NCBI GenBank assembly: GCA_945863035.1
Contig: CAMAZH010000004.1
Span: 7,313-71,312, forward strand
Reading direction: 5' to 3'
DNA: 64,000 nucleotides
DNA from: Chitinophaga pinensis
GTDB lineage: Bacteria; Bacteroidota; Bacteroidia; Bacteroidales; GCA-2748055
A program made the position numbers and the translations under genes. The notes below the pieces were generated by a model. The model had not been told where the DNA came from. It was given only the letters and a program-made list of their open reading frames with translations, and did not search any database. Of this stretch, positions 9,241-19,149 are shown in pieces (the first letter of the stretch is position 1; every line of letters begins with the position of its first letter).

Positions 9241-9266
9241 TTGCACCGCCCTTTCGGGCGGCGCAA
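9241..9266 (-). other. 11-bp GC-rich hairpin with GAAA tetraloop in korB-paralog 2 spacer
   Basis: Minus strand TTGCGCCGCCC-GAAA-GGGCGGTGCAA; G.U pair works only on the coding strand; no U-tract. Confidence 0.6.
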
Positions 9267-9274
9267 GGATTAGG

Positions 9275-10315
9275 CTAGGAGCTGCTTTCGTTTATTAAAA
9301 AAGTGTTTCCGCTCTTAAGTAAATCGTCCATGCATTTGATTGGACTCTTTTCATGTGCGTGGTCCAGTTGATCGTACAGCATTTCTTCGTAAACGGGTTT
9401 GTCAACAGCTCTGATTATCCCCATGGCAACCGGGTATTCCGGCTGATCCATTTTTACTAGGTTGTAATGGATGGTTGAGTTGGTACAGCGGGCATTGTGA
9501 ATTAAAATATCTTCCTTGCTTATGCCGTCCTTACCAATGGTTACGACCTCCAATTTATTGTTTCGGTAAATCAGACCCTTTTCGTGCTCTTTGCCGAAAA
9601 TCATTGGCTCACCGTGTTTCAGATAAATCTGGTGCTCGTCCCTGACATCCTTGCCGGTAATGTTCTCGTGAACGTCGTTGTTGAATATCACGCAGTTCTG
9701 CAATACTTCAACCACGGAGGTGCCTTTATGAAGAGCAGCCTGTATAAAGACTTCCTTCATCATTTTCGGCTCCGTGTCAACAACTCTGGCAAAGAAAGCC
9801 CCCTGCGATCCCATAACAAGTTCGCCCGGATTGAAGGGCTCTTCAATTGAACCTTCGGGTGAGGTTTTTGTAACGCTACCCTTGGGTGTGGTAGGCGAAT
9901 ACTGCCCTTTCGTGAGCCCGTAAATCCTGTTGTTGAAGATCAGGATGCTCATGTTGATGTTACGGCGAATAACGTGAATAAAGTGGTTTCCGCCGATTGC
10001 CATGGAGTCGCCATCACCGGTTACAACCCAAACCGAAAGCTCAGGGTTTGCCAATTTGATGCCTGTGGCAATAGGCGCTGCCCGCCCGTGAAGGCTGTGA
10101 AAGCCATAAGTGTTTATATAGTAAGGGAATCGCGATGAACAACCGATCCCGGAAACAAAAACAACATTTTCCTTTTTCACCCCGGTTTCGGGAACCGCAT
10201 TCCTGATCGACGAGAGCACAGCATGGGCACCGCAACCGGCACACCATTTTACCGGACTATCGAGTTTGTAATCCTGGGGAATCATTACTGGCGCAAAATC
10301 TGTATTCTCTTTCAT
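9275..10315 (-). CDS. korB: 2-oxoacid:ferredoxin oxidoreductase beta subunit
   Basis: WCAGCG, SGIGCSSR, HGRA, GDGD TPP motif, YGLTKGQYSPT. Confidence 0.93.
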   Translation of the reverse strand: MKENTDFAPVMIPQDYKLDSPVKWCAGCGAHAVLSSIRNAVPETGVKKENVVFVSGIGCSSRFPYYINTYGFHSLHGRAAPIATGIKLANPELSVWVVTGDGDSMAIGGNHFIHVIRRNINMSILIFNNRIYGLTKGQYSPTTPKGSVTKTSPEGSIEEPFNPGELVMGSQGAFFARVVDTEPKMMKEVFIQAALHKGTSVVEVLQNCVIFNNDVHENITGKDVRDEHQIYLKHGEPMIFGKEHEKGLIYRNNKLEVVTIGKDGISKEDILIHNARCTNSTIHYNLVKMDQPEYPVAMGIIRAVDKPVYEEMLYDQLDHAHEKSPIKCMDDLLKSGNTFLINESSS

Positions 10316-12165
10316 TTTCCTTTGTTTTCAAGTATATCAATGAATTTTGCTTTTAATTCGGAAATCATAAAAGGCAATCCCTGTACCTTATTGTACTGCT
10401 TATACTCGTACTGCGGAAATTTCGATCGCAGATACATAGCAAACTGCCCGAGGTTTAGCTCGCATATTACACGACTCTTTGCATACTTGAGAACCTCTTC
10501 GGTATTTTTGGGTAGGGGATTGATATAAGAGAACTGAGCCAGGCTTATTGATCTTCCTTCATGCTGCAGTTCCTTGACGGCACTATAGAGCGCCCCGTAG
10601 GTCCCTCCCCAACCGATTACCAGTAAGTCGGCATCCTTTTCGCCCAGAATCTCCTGATCGGCTATGTAATTTGCTACCCTGTCTACTTTCTCCTGGCGCA
10701 AGCCGACCATTATCTGGTGGTTGTATGGGTCATGAGAAACCTCGCCGGTTTTGTCAGCTTTTTCGAGCCCTCCAACTCTGTGACGCATTCCTTCCTGACC
10801 AGGTACCGCCCACATGCGGGCTAGATTCTCAGGCTTGCGTATATAGGGCATGTAACCCTCATGGTTGTCTTTCACTTTCGGGGGATGAATCTCCGGCATG
10901 TCTTTCATTTCAGGGATGTGCCATAATTCCGACCCGTTTGCCAGATACCCATCGGTAAGCAAAATCACTGGGGTCATATGCTCCAGCGATAACTTGGCTG
11001 CCTCATAAGCAAATGAGAAACAATTGGCCGGTGTAGTGGCAGCAACGACGATTACAGGACTTTCCCCGCTTCGTCCATACAATGCCTGCAACAGATCGGC
11101 CTGTTCGGTTTTTGTAGGCAGACCGGTTGAGGGTCCTCCCCTTTGAACATTTACAATTACAATTGGCAGCTCGGTAATAACAGCAAGGCCGATTGCCTCG
11201 CCTTTAAGTGCAAGTCCGGGTCCTGAGGTGGAGGTCACCGCAAGCTTGCCCGTAAAGGAAGCACCAATCGCAGAGCAGATACCTGCGATTTCATCTTCTG
11301 CCTGAAAGGTAATGGCCCCCAGATGTTTGCGGCCGGCCAGCTCCTGAAGAACCTCTGTGGCAGGAGTGATCGGGTAGGAGCCAAGGAAAAGCCCGCAGCC
11401 CGATTTCTCGGAGGCGGCTAGAAGTCCCCAGGCAGTTGCAATATTTCCGGTGATATTCCTGAACAGCCCTTTTTTATTTTTAGCGGGATTAACCAAAAAG
11501 GTCGTCGACATTGCCTCAATCGTCTCGGCGTAGTTGTATCCCCCGCGAAGAACAGCGATATTGGCGTTGACCAGATCGGCGTTCTTCTTGAATTTTTTCT
11601 GTATGAAGTTCTCCCCAATAGTCAAATCCCGGTTAAACAACCAGAAGAGTATACCGGCAACAAACTGATTTTTTGTTTTATCGGCGGTTTTTGCATCCAA
11701 ACCAAACTCTTTTACCGTCGAACGGGTGAGGGAAGTTATGGGTGCCTTAACAATATTGTAGCCTTCCAGAGATCCGTCGTTTAAGGGATCCTCAATATAT
11801 TCGGCCTTTTTGTAATTCTTCTGGTCAAAGTTGTCTATGTCGATGATGACCGTTGCTCCAGGCTTAAGCCATTTCATGTTGGTTTTGAGAGCCGCAGGGT
11901 TCATAGCTACCAACACGTCAGCCAGATCGCCGGGTGTGGTAACATCTTTATGGCCTATATGAACCTGGTATCCCGATACGCCGGCAACGGTTCCTTGCGG
12001 GGCACGGATCTCGGAGGGATAATCGGGGAAAGTAGAAAGGTCATTACCCACAAACGCTGAGGTGTCGGAAAACTGACTTCCGGTTAACTGCATGCCATCG
12101 CCCGAATCACCTGCAAACTTAACAACAACATCCTCCAATTCGATAATTCTTGGATTTTTGCTCAT
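10312..12165 (-). CDS. korA: 2-oxoacid:ferredoxin oxidoreductase alpha (gamma-alpha fused) subunit
   Basis: AGDSGDGMQLTG, YPITPA, QAEDEIA, TSGPG, QRGGPSTGLPTK; 4-nt overlap with beta. Confidence 0.93.
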   Translation of the reverse strand: MSKNPRIIELEDVVVKFAGDSGDGMQLTGSQFSDTSAFVGNDLSTFPDYPSEIRAPQGTVAGVSGYQVHIGHKDVTTPGDLADVLVAMNPAALKTNMKWLKPGATVIIDIDNFDQKNYKKAEYIEDPLNDGSLEGYNIVKAPITSLTRSTVKEFGLDAKTADKTKNQFVAGILFWLFNRDLTIGENFIQKKFKKNADLVNANIAVLRGGYNYAETIEAMSTTFLVNPAKNKKGLFRNITGNIATAWGLLAASEKSGCGLFLGSYPITPATEVLQELAGRKHLGAITFQAEDEIAGICSAIGASFTGKLAVTSTSGPGLALKGEAIGLAVITELPIVIVNVQRGGPSTGLPTKTEQADLLQALYGRSGESPVIVVAATTPANCFSFAYEAAKLSLEHMTPVILLTDGYLANGSELWHIPEMKDMPEIHPPKVKDNHEGYMPYIRKPENLARMWAVPGQEGMRHRVGGLEKADKTGEVSHDPYNHQIMVGLRQEKVDRVANYIADQEILGEKDADLLVIGWGGTYGALYSAVKELQHEGRSISLAQFSYINPLPKNTEEVLKYAKSRVICELNLGQFAMYLRSKFPQYEYKQYNKVQGLPFMISELKAKFIDILENKGK

Positions 12166-12461
12166 AGCTGAACTAAATTATAAAATTGATTACACAACAA
12201 ATAATCGAGAATTTATGAGTTCTCGCCTTCATTTTCACCAAAAAACGACAACTTTAACACGATTCAAAGTTATCTGATTAAAAATCAAATACAAATTTAA
12301 GTTTTTAAGGAGGACATGCTTAAAAACAAAGCTGTTTTAATTAACAATTAATGATGGAAACCGTTCAGTTGAAATCACGAATAAGTGTTGCCACAAGTCA
12401 TATCCATTTTTCCGAATCGTTACAGATCATTTTTTGGGGTGCAGGTTTCAATAAAGTTCTT

Positions 12462-12469
12462 TACTTTTG
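12462..12469 (+). promoter_or_regulatory. Bacteroidota -7 box TACTTTTG upstream of gamma-CA gene
   Basis: Matches TAnnTTTG about 110 nt before the ATG. Confidence 0.55.
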
Positions 12470-12578
12470 ACGATTGGATCCGCCACGAAAGGAAAGTTTT
12501 GTTCCGCAAGACATTGTTGTTACGAGCAACATTGTATTCAGATCCGACTCAATTGTTTCATTCTTAAATTCTAAAAAT

Positions 12579-13091
12579 ATGGCCCTTATAAAATCTGTTC
12601 GAGGTTTCACACCCGTGTTTGGCGGAAACTGCTTTTTGGCCGAAAATGCAACCATTATTGGCGATGTAATTATGGGGGACGATTGCTCGGTTTGGTTTAA
12701 CACCGTTCTCAGGGGAGATGTGAACTCCATACGCATCGGGAACAAGGTGAATATTCAGGACGGAAGTGTTCTGCATACCCTGTATCAAAAATCGGTAGTG
12801 GAGATCGGCGATAATGTTTCAGTAGGGCATAATGTGATCATCCATGGGGCCTGCATAAAAAGCAACGTGCTGCTCGGTATGGGGTCGATTATTCTCGATC
12901 ATGCTGTGATCGGTGAAAACTCGATTATTGCAGCAGGTGCCGTAGTGCTTGACGGTACCATTGTTGAACCCGGCAGCATTTATGCAGGGATCCCCGCACG
13001 AAGGGTGAAAAGCATAGACCCGGAGCAAAGTCGCGAAATGATAGCGAAAATCGCGAACAATTATTTGTTTTATTCGGAGTGGTACAGGTAA
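12579..13091 (+). CDS. Gamma carbonic anhydrase family (YrdA/CaiE-like hexapeptide repeat) protein
   Basis: LRGDVN, NIQDGSVLH, VGHNVIIHG; AT-rich ATG context at 12579. Confidence 0.9.
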   Translation: MALIKSVRGFTPVFGGNCFLAENATIIGDVIMGDDCSVWFNTVLRGDVNSIRIGNKVNIQDGSVLHTLYQKSVVEIGDNVSVGHNVIIHGACIKSNVLLGMGSIILDHAVIGENSIIAAGAVVLDGTIVEPGSIYAGIPARRVKSIDPEQSREMIAKIANNYLFYSEWYR

Positions 13092-13181
13092 GGGATTTTG
13101 GGAATACCTGTCTTCCCGGCGGATTCTTGGTTTACCTGATCTATTGATCAGAACTATAAAGTTTGACGGATTTTCAATTCT

Positions 13182-13997
13182 TTAGTTTTCCTCCTTAAGA
13201 CTGACCTTGTTCAAATCAATCTTTTCACCAAAAAACATACGGGCTATGATTTCGAAATAGTCGGTATGGTCGGACACGTAAAATTCATGCCCTGAAGCTT
13301 TGTCGGTTCGAAGCAATTGCTTTTGAACCAGTTCGTCCCGAAGTTTCTCGGCAACAATTTTCGCACTGTCGATAACATTCACGTTAAAGTTGAAGAAACG
13401 GCTGATCTGGTTTTTAATGATTGGGTAGTGGGTACATCCCAGTATCAAGCTGTCGATATCCTGAAGCTCTTTCCTGGATAAGTAAGAACGCACAATAGCG
13501 TTTGAGATATCGTCAAAAATAAAACCTTCTTCGATCATTGGAACCAAAAGCGGGGTAGCAAGGGAGGAAACCTCAATGGATGGATTCAGGCTGGTTATGC
13601 CATTCTGATAGGTCCCCGAATTAATTGTGGCTTTTGTACCAATAACCCCGATATTCTTTGTCTCGATTTCACTGGTTACATAATCAATAACAGGATCAAT
13701 AACGTTCATTACCAGAGCCCTGTCGCCCGCGAACTTCTGCACCTCAAGAAAAGCATTTGCGGAAGCGGAATTGCAGGCAATGAGTATCACTTTACATCCC
13801 TTATCAAGAAGAAACTTTGTGATTCCAATGGAATAATTGATTATCGTTTCCTTTGACTTGTCGCCATAGGGCAAATGTGCTGTGTCGCCAAAATAAATCA
13901 TCCTCTCGGAAGGCAAGGCTGATCTTATTGCTGCGGCAACAGTAAGCCCGCCAACACCCGAATCGAAAAGACCAATTGGAGAATTTGCGACGGTCAT
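13182..13997 (-). CDS. murI: Glutamate racemase
   Basis: FDSGVGGLTV, PYGDKS, IACNSA, LGCTHYP. Confidence 0.96.
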   Translation of the reverse strand: MTVANSPIGLFDSGVGGLTVAAAIRSALPSERMIYFGDTAHLPYGDKSKETIINYSIGITKFLLDKGCKVILIACNSASANAFLEVQKFAGDRALVMNVIDPVIDYVTSEIETKNIGVIGTKATINSGTYQNGITSLNPSIEVSSLATPLLVPMIEEGFIFDDISNAIVRSYLSRKELQDIDSLILGCTHYPIIKNQISRFFNFNVNVIDSAKIVAEKLRDELVQKQLLRTDKASGHEFYVSDHTDYFEIIARMFFGEKIDLNKVSLKEEN

Positions 13998-14016
13998 GAT
14001 GATTGTTTTTAAAGAT

Positions 14017-14048
14017 GAAGACCATTCTGAGATTTCAAAATGGTCTTC
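14017..14048 (-). terminator. Hairpin between skp and murI (terminator or processing site)
   Basis: GAAGACCATT...AATGGTCTTC inverted repeat. Confidence 0.5.
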
Positions 14049-14068
14049 TATAGTATAAACTCAGGTTA

Positions 14069-14584
14069 TTAAGGAAGCTTAAGCTTATCCTTCACCATTG
14101 GGTAGATATCAAGACTCTTTTCGGAGACATAAATCGGATTTTTTCCGCTAACATCGAAAACATAAATCAGATCGAGTTCCTGGCCGATTTCCTTAACAGT
14201 AGCCTCAAGCTTTTTCATGATTCCTGCAAGAAGATCGGACTGAAGCTTCTGCAATTTTTCTCCTGCAAGCTGCTGAAATGCCTCAAGATTCTGCTGCATG
14301 CTCTGGAGTTCCGAAATTTTGCTCTGAAGAATCAGCGAGTCCATACCAACCTGATTTTCCATAAGCTCGTTGTACTTGCGGTTAAACTCAACCTGAAGCG
14401 TTTCTTCCTGATTGGCATATTTTTCGTTAATCTTTTTCAGACTGTCCAGTGACTGGTTGTATTCGGGCATAGCAATCAGAACATTCTGCATATTGAGATG
14501 GCCGAATTTCAAATTCTGAGCATTTACAAATGCGCCCGAGAAGGCAATGGTAATCAACAAACAAAGCACATAAAACTTTTTCAT
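14069..14584 (-). CDS. skp: OmpH/Skp periplasmic chaperone (copy 2)
   Basis: Signal peptide, KFGHLN, coiled coil, YVFD; own TACTTTTG box at 14606-14613 (minus). Confidence 0.85.
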   Translation of the reverse strand: MKKFYVLCLLITIAFSGAFVNAQNLKFGHLNMQNVLIAMPEYNQSLDSLKKINEKYANQEETLQVEFNRKYNELMENQVGMDSLILQSKISELQSMQQNLEAFQQLAGEKLQKLQSDLLAGIMKKLEATVKEIGQELDLIYVFDVSGKNPIYVSEKSLDIYPMVKDKLKLP

Positions 14585-14618
14585 TCTATCGGGTTTAAAT
14601 TTTTACAAAAGTATATAA

Positions 14619-15134
14619 TTAATTAGTATATCCTAACTTAGCCAGAACCTCGTCGCTTTTGTTGTATTTGGCGTTCTCATATAGTATTCCAGCTCCTGCG
14701 GCCGTGTCGAAAATCACCGCATAGGCACCTTCGATGGCCATTTCCTTAACCACCTTGTAAATTTCGTCCTGTATAGGTTTAACCAATTCCTGGCGTTTCT
14801 GGAAAACAGCTCCCTCAGCACCGAAGTATTTTTTCTGAAGATCTTTGATTTCCTTTTCTTTGGCCATTATTTCATCCTCTTTTTTTGTTTTCTGATCTTC
14901 CGTCAGAAGCACTTTTTCTTTTTGGAAGTCTTTGTAAATCTTATCAACCTCCTGATACTTGGTCTCGATTTCCTTCTGGTATTCCGCGGAAATTTTGTCA
15001 ACCTGTTCCTGAGCTGCCTTATAGGTTGGGATACGGTTTAGAATATATTCAGTATCGACAAAGGCAAATTTTTGTGCAAAACTGGTTCCTGCAAAAAGGA
15101 ACGCGATGATAATAAACAAAACTGACTTTTTCAT
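14619..15134 (-). CDS. skp: OmpH/Skp periplasmic chaperone (copy 1)
   Basis: AQKFAFVDTEYIL, LVKPIQDEI, IFD; downstream of bamA. Confidence 0.9.
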   Translation of the reverse strand: MKKSVLFIIIAFLFAGTSFAQKFAFVDTEYILNRIPTYKAAQEQVDKISAEYQKEIETKYQEVDKIYKDFQKEKVLLTEDQKTKKEDEIMAKEKEIKDLQKKYFGAEGAVFQKRQELVKPIQDEIYKVVKEMAIEGAYAVIFDTAAGAGILYENAKYNKSDEVLAKLGYTN

Positions 15135-15159
15135 GACGTAAAGTTTTTAATTAAACAAT

Positions 15160-17673
15160 CTAAAATTGCTGTCCGATTGTAAAGTGGAAGTTTGGGCCGC
15201 TGTTGCCGTACTGTGCATTGGGTATCTCGTCGAAGCCATAACCCCAGTCGATACCCAGTAACCCGAACATTGGGAGGAAGGCCCTTAGCCCGACTCCAAG
15301 AGAACGTTTTACAAGGAAGGGGTTGTAGTCGTCGATTGAATACCATGCATTACCGGCCTCCGCAAACACAAGCCCGAATATGGTGGCCTGTGGGTTAAGG
15401 GAGAACGGGTAACGAAGCTCCAACGTTAGTTTCTCATAAACGTTGCCCGATTTTGTGTCATTTACCCTCGGTGTTAAAGAACTATTTGAGTACCCTCTCA
15501 GAGCAATGGTTTCGTAACCGTAAATATTATACCCGGTAAGACCGTCTCCTCCCAGATCAAAGCCCTCAAACGGTGAAGGACCAATATCCTGATTGTAGAA
15601 ACCTTTGTATCCAAAATGGGCTCTTGTGTACAATACCAAATTCCCTGCCAAAGTTGTATACCAGTCGGCTTTAAATTTCCATTTGTGGTATTCCACCCAT
15701 TTATATTTCTCTTCCTGACTTGTGACGGTGCTGAAATCCTTCCCGGTAATGCGGGAGAACGGAGGGGTGAGCTGCAGTGACAAGTTGAAGGTTGATCCGT
15801 TTCTCGGGAATATGGGGGAGCTGACCGAGTTTCTGCCAAAGGTTGATGAAAAGCTCAGGTTGTTCGAATTCCCGTTTGTGAAAAGAAAATACCCTGTATA
15901 GTCTTTGAGACTGTATCGTTGGAAACTAAACTCATTGTAGAGAGTGAAAAAGTCATCCGGCCAGGTGAGTCGCTTTCCTAAACCTATCGAAGCCCCGGTC
16001 ATTTTCATATACTGATCTTTTTCCACACTGCTGTAATAGCCGTAAGAACTGTTCATCTTTGTGCGATAGAGGGAAACCGAGAATGAATTTGGTTTCTTCC
16101 CCCCAAACCAGGGTTCTATGAACGACAGGTTGTACGATTGGTAATATTTCCCATTCGATTGTGCCCTGATACTTACTGTCTGTCCATCGCCGGTTGGGAT
16201 TGGCCTCCATGATTTACCGTTGAGGATGTTGCGGGCCGAGAAGTTTGTGAATCTCAATCCCACGGTACCAACCAACATTCCGTAACCCCATCCGCCTGAT
16301 ACCTCAAACTGGTTGTTCGACTTTTCAACGAGTTTGTAGCGGATGTCAACGGTTCCGTTGGCAGGATCGGGAATGGGCTCAGGCTCGATTTGTTCCGGAT
16401 CGAAATGCCCGAGGTTTGCAAGTTCCCTTACCGTACGGATGATATCCGACTTGCTGAAAAGATCTCCGGGCTTTGTGCGAATCTCCCGGCGAATCACATG
16501 TTCGTTGGTGACCTCGTTTCCTTCAATAATAATGTTGTTAATGTTGGCAGGCTTGCCTTCGTAGACGCGCATCTCGAAATCGATGGTGTCGTTGTTGATT
16601 CTCACCTCAATAGGGCTTATGTCTGAAAAAAGGTATCCGTAATCGAGATAAAGGGAGTTTACAGCATCCTCATCGTTAAGCAATCGCTTGTCAAGCAACA
16701 CCTGATCGAACACATCCCCCTTCTTAACCCCAAGTACTTTGTTCAGGACCTCTTCAGGGTATTTTGTGGCGCCTATCCAGATGATATCCCCAAAATAGTA
16801 CTTATTTCCCTCGAAAATGTTGATGTGCAGATTTATCCTTTCCGCAGAGATCCTACTGATGGAATCACTAAGAATTTTGGCATCGCGGTAACCGTTCTCG
16901 TTGTAAAATTCCAGAAGCTTATCCTTGTCCTCTTTGAAATCATTTTTAATCATTTTGGAAGGCTTGAAAATGTTGTAATCACGCCCCTTCGTCTTTTTCA
17001 AGACTTTTCTGAGCTTCTTCTCAGGGAAAACGGTATTGCCGGTAAAAAGCACATCCTCGATCTTTACTTTCCCGTTCTTATCCACATTCGCTTCCAATTG
17101 TACCATATTAACACGGATGGAGTCGGGAATCTCCTGTATGGTAATACTGGTATTCAAAAAGCCTTTTTCCACGTAGTGTTCGCGGATAATTCTGCGAATG
17201 GTGTTCAGAATATCATCGGTAACCTGACTCCCGTTGCGGATATTCAGTTTGTCCATAAGATCCTGGGTCTCTGATTTTTTTATACCGTTAATGACGAGCT
17301 TTGTCATTCGGGGCCGCTCTTTCAGGAAAATATCAAGCCATATCTTGCCTTTTTCGATTTTTGTTGCCGTAATTTTCACATCGGAAAACAAGCCTTGGGT
17401 CCAAAATTTCTGTATCACCTTTGTTACTTCATCCCCGGGCACGGTAATTTTCTCACCAACCTGCAAGCCGGATAGACTAACAAGTACTTCTTTTTGCAGA
17501 AACTGGACCCCTGAAATGCTCACATCCGCGATCTCGTACTCCTTTGCGTTGGAATAGTCGAGAACCGGCAGTGCGTTATAGTTTATGAGAGTGTCCTTAA
17601 TAATGGTGTCCTGTGAAAAACTTTCGAAGACAATGGAAAAAAGAACAAAAAGGACAAGTGGAAATTTATACAT
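15160..17673 (-). CDS. bamA: Outer membrane protein assembly factor BamA
   Basis: POTRA repeats, LRGY lid motif, C-terminal HFTIGQQF. Confidence 0.95.
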   Translation of the reverse strand: MYKFPLVLFVLFSIVFESFSQDTIIKDTLINYNALPVLDYSNAKEYEIADVSISGVQFLQKEVLVSLSGLQVGEKITVPGDEVTKVIQKFWTQGLFSDVKITATKIEKGKIWLDIFLKERPRMTKLVINGIKKSETQDLMDKLNIRNGSQVTDDILNTIRRIIREHYVEKGFLNTSITIQEIPDSIRVNMVQLEANVDKNGKVKIEDVLFTGNTVFPEKKLRKVLKKTKGRDYNIFKPSKMIKNDFKEDKDKLLEFYNENGYRDAKILSDSISRISAERINLHINIFEGNKYYFGDIIWIGATKYPEEVLNKVLGVKKGDVFDQVLLDKRLLNDEDAVNSLYLDYGYLFSDISPIEVRINNDTIDFEMRVYEGKPANINNIIIEGNEVTNEHVIRREIRTKPGDLFSKSDIIRTVRELANLGHFDPEQIEPEPIPDPANGTVDIRYKLVEKSNNQFEVSGGWGYGMLVGTVGLRFTNFSARNILNGKSWRPIPTGDGQTVSIRAQSNGKYYQSYNLSFIEPWFGGKKPNSFSVSLYRTKMNSSYGYYSSVEKDQYMKMTGASIGLGKRLTWPDDFFTLYNEFSFQRYSLKDYTGYFLFTNGNSNNLSFSSTFGRNSVSSPIFPRNGSTFNLSLQLTPPFSRITGKDFSTVTSQEEKYKWVEYHKWKFKADWYTTLAGNLVLYTRAHFGYKGFYNQDIGPSPFEGFDLGGDGLTGYNIYGYETIALRGYSNSSLTPRVNDTKSGNVYEKLTLELRYPFSLNPQATIFGLVFAEAGNAWYSIDDYNPFLVKRSLGVGLRAFLPMFGLLGIDWGYGFDEIPNAQYGNSGPNFHFTIGQQF

Positions 17674-17678
17674 ACTGT

Positions 17679-18434
17679 TTAGTTAACTGATTCACTATTA
17701 ATTTGCTCGCTGATTTTCCCAAATCTTCTTTCTCGCTTTTGAAAATCCACGATTGCATCGAAGAAATGTTCCTTGCGAAAATCAGGCCAAAGAATGTCTG
17801 TAAAATACAATTCCGCATAGGCTATCTGCCAAAGCAGGAAATTGCTGATCCTGTATTCCCCACTCGTGCGGATAAGAAGTTCGGGATCGGGTAAATCTGC
17901 GGTTGTGAGGTATTGCGAAAATGAATCACAACCCAGCTCATTAACCTGGATTTTATTATTCTTCACATCCTGAGCCAGTTTTCTCATGGCGTTGAGAATC
18001 TCCCAACGTCCGCTGTAACTAAGAGCAAGAACGAGGTTTAGCCCATTATTATTGCGGGTTTTCTCAATTGCTGCGGATAATTGTTTTTGAACGTCTTCGG
18101 GAAGACTTTCGGTATCACCGATAATGTGGAGGGAAACATTGTTCTCCAGAAGGGAGTCGAGTTCCTTTTCGATAGTGTTTATCAGGAGCGACATGAGGGC
18201 ATTGACTTCCTCTCTGGGCCGGTTCCAGTTTTCGGTTGAAAATGCATAAAGGGTAAGATATTGAATACCCAGCTCTGAGGCTGCCTCAACGGTTTGACGA
18301 ACCGCCAGCACACCGTTCTGATGCCCGAAAATCCTCGAATTTCCTTTTCTCTGTGCCCAACGGCCATTGCCATCCATAATCACGGCTACGTGAATCGGAA
18401 GTTTCTCTTTGTTTATACTGTCAATAGTTGCCAT
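17679..18434 (-). CDS. uppS: Undecaprenyl diphosphate synthase
   Basis: IMDGNGRWA, YAFSTENW, IRTSGEYRISNFLLWQ. Confidence 0.96.
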   Translation of the reverse strand: MATIDSINKEKLPIHVAVIMDGNGRWAQRKGNSRIFGHQNGVLAVRQTVEAASELGIQYLTLYAFSTENWNRPREEVNALMSLLINTIEKELDSLLENNVSLHIIGDTESLPEDVQKQLSAAIEKTRNNNGLNLVLALSYSGRWEILNAMRKLAQDVKNNKIQVNELGCDSFSQYLTTADLPDPELLIRTSGEYRISNFLLWQIAYAELYFTDILWPDFRKEHFFDAIVDFQKRERRFGKISEQINSESVN

Positions 18435-18449
18435 AATTCAAAATTCCAT

Positions 18450-19146
18450 CTAATCATAAGCAGGGCAATCTTCCCTGAAATTGAAGATTTTATAGCTGAT
18501 AAAAATTCCTGCAAAGGTATACCAGTCTTTGTTACCAAACAAAGCTTTATTGGATTCCGTTGCAATATTTGTTTGCCCATCGATTGCGCTATCGCTAAAG
18601 GTCTTTCGCACAGACATTTCAGCCCCCGCACTCAACTTTCTTGTGAGGTTGAACTTGTATCCCATGCCAAAGGGTAAAGTTAGGTGATTTTTCGCCTCCG
18701 GTGTGCTCGAGCTCAGGAGAAAATTGTATGACAGGCCGGTGGAAAGGTAAAGCGACTGGTTCAGTTTTCGGTTGGCAGTTTTATAGGGAATAAAATTGAT
18801 CTCGTAATTGGCGGCTATGTCAATAAAAGTGGCGTCGAAACGAGCGTTTAGCGACTCAACATACGGGTCGCCATATCCGTTGGTTTCTCCCTTGAGGGAA
18901 TGGTAAATGGCGCTAAGGCGAATGGAATTGCGAGCCTCGAAATTATAGCGATAAATAGGGCCCACGGCTAATCCCGGCAGATAAAAGTTTTTATTGGGAT
19001 TCAAATCCCCCTTGTAAAAAGATGTGCCCGAGAAGATCCCGAAATCAGATTTTCTTTGTGAGTAGGACAGGGTAGGGAAAAAGAAAAACAGAGCAAGAAT
19101 AAAGGATATTCTGCTCTTATAGCTGAAATTTTTTACGGTAAAAATA
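18450..19146 (-). CDS. porG: DUF6089/PorG-type outer membrane beta-barrel (T9SS-associated); start uncertain
   Basis: Signal peptide ending SYSQ, GTSFYKGDLN, NKDWYTFAG, C-terminal CPAY; position upstream of uppS-bamA. Confidence 0.7.
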
Positions 19147-19149
19147 TCC

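Noticed and set aside
12474-12547. tRNA gene
   Set aside because: Cloverleaf-like size but no TTCRA T-loop, no 7-nt anticodon loop, no proper D arm
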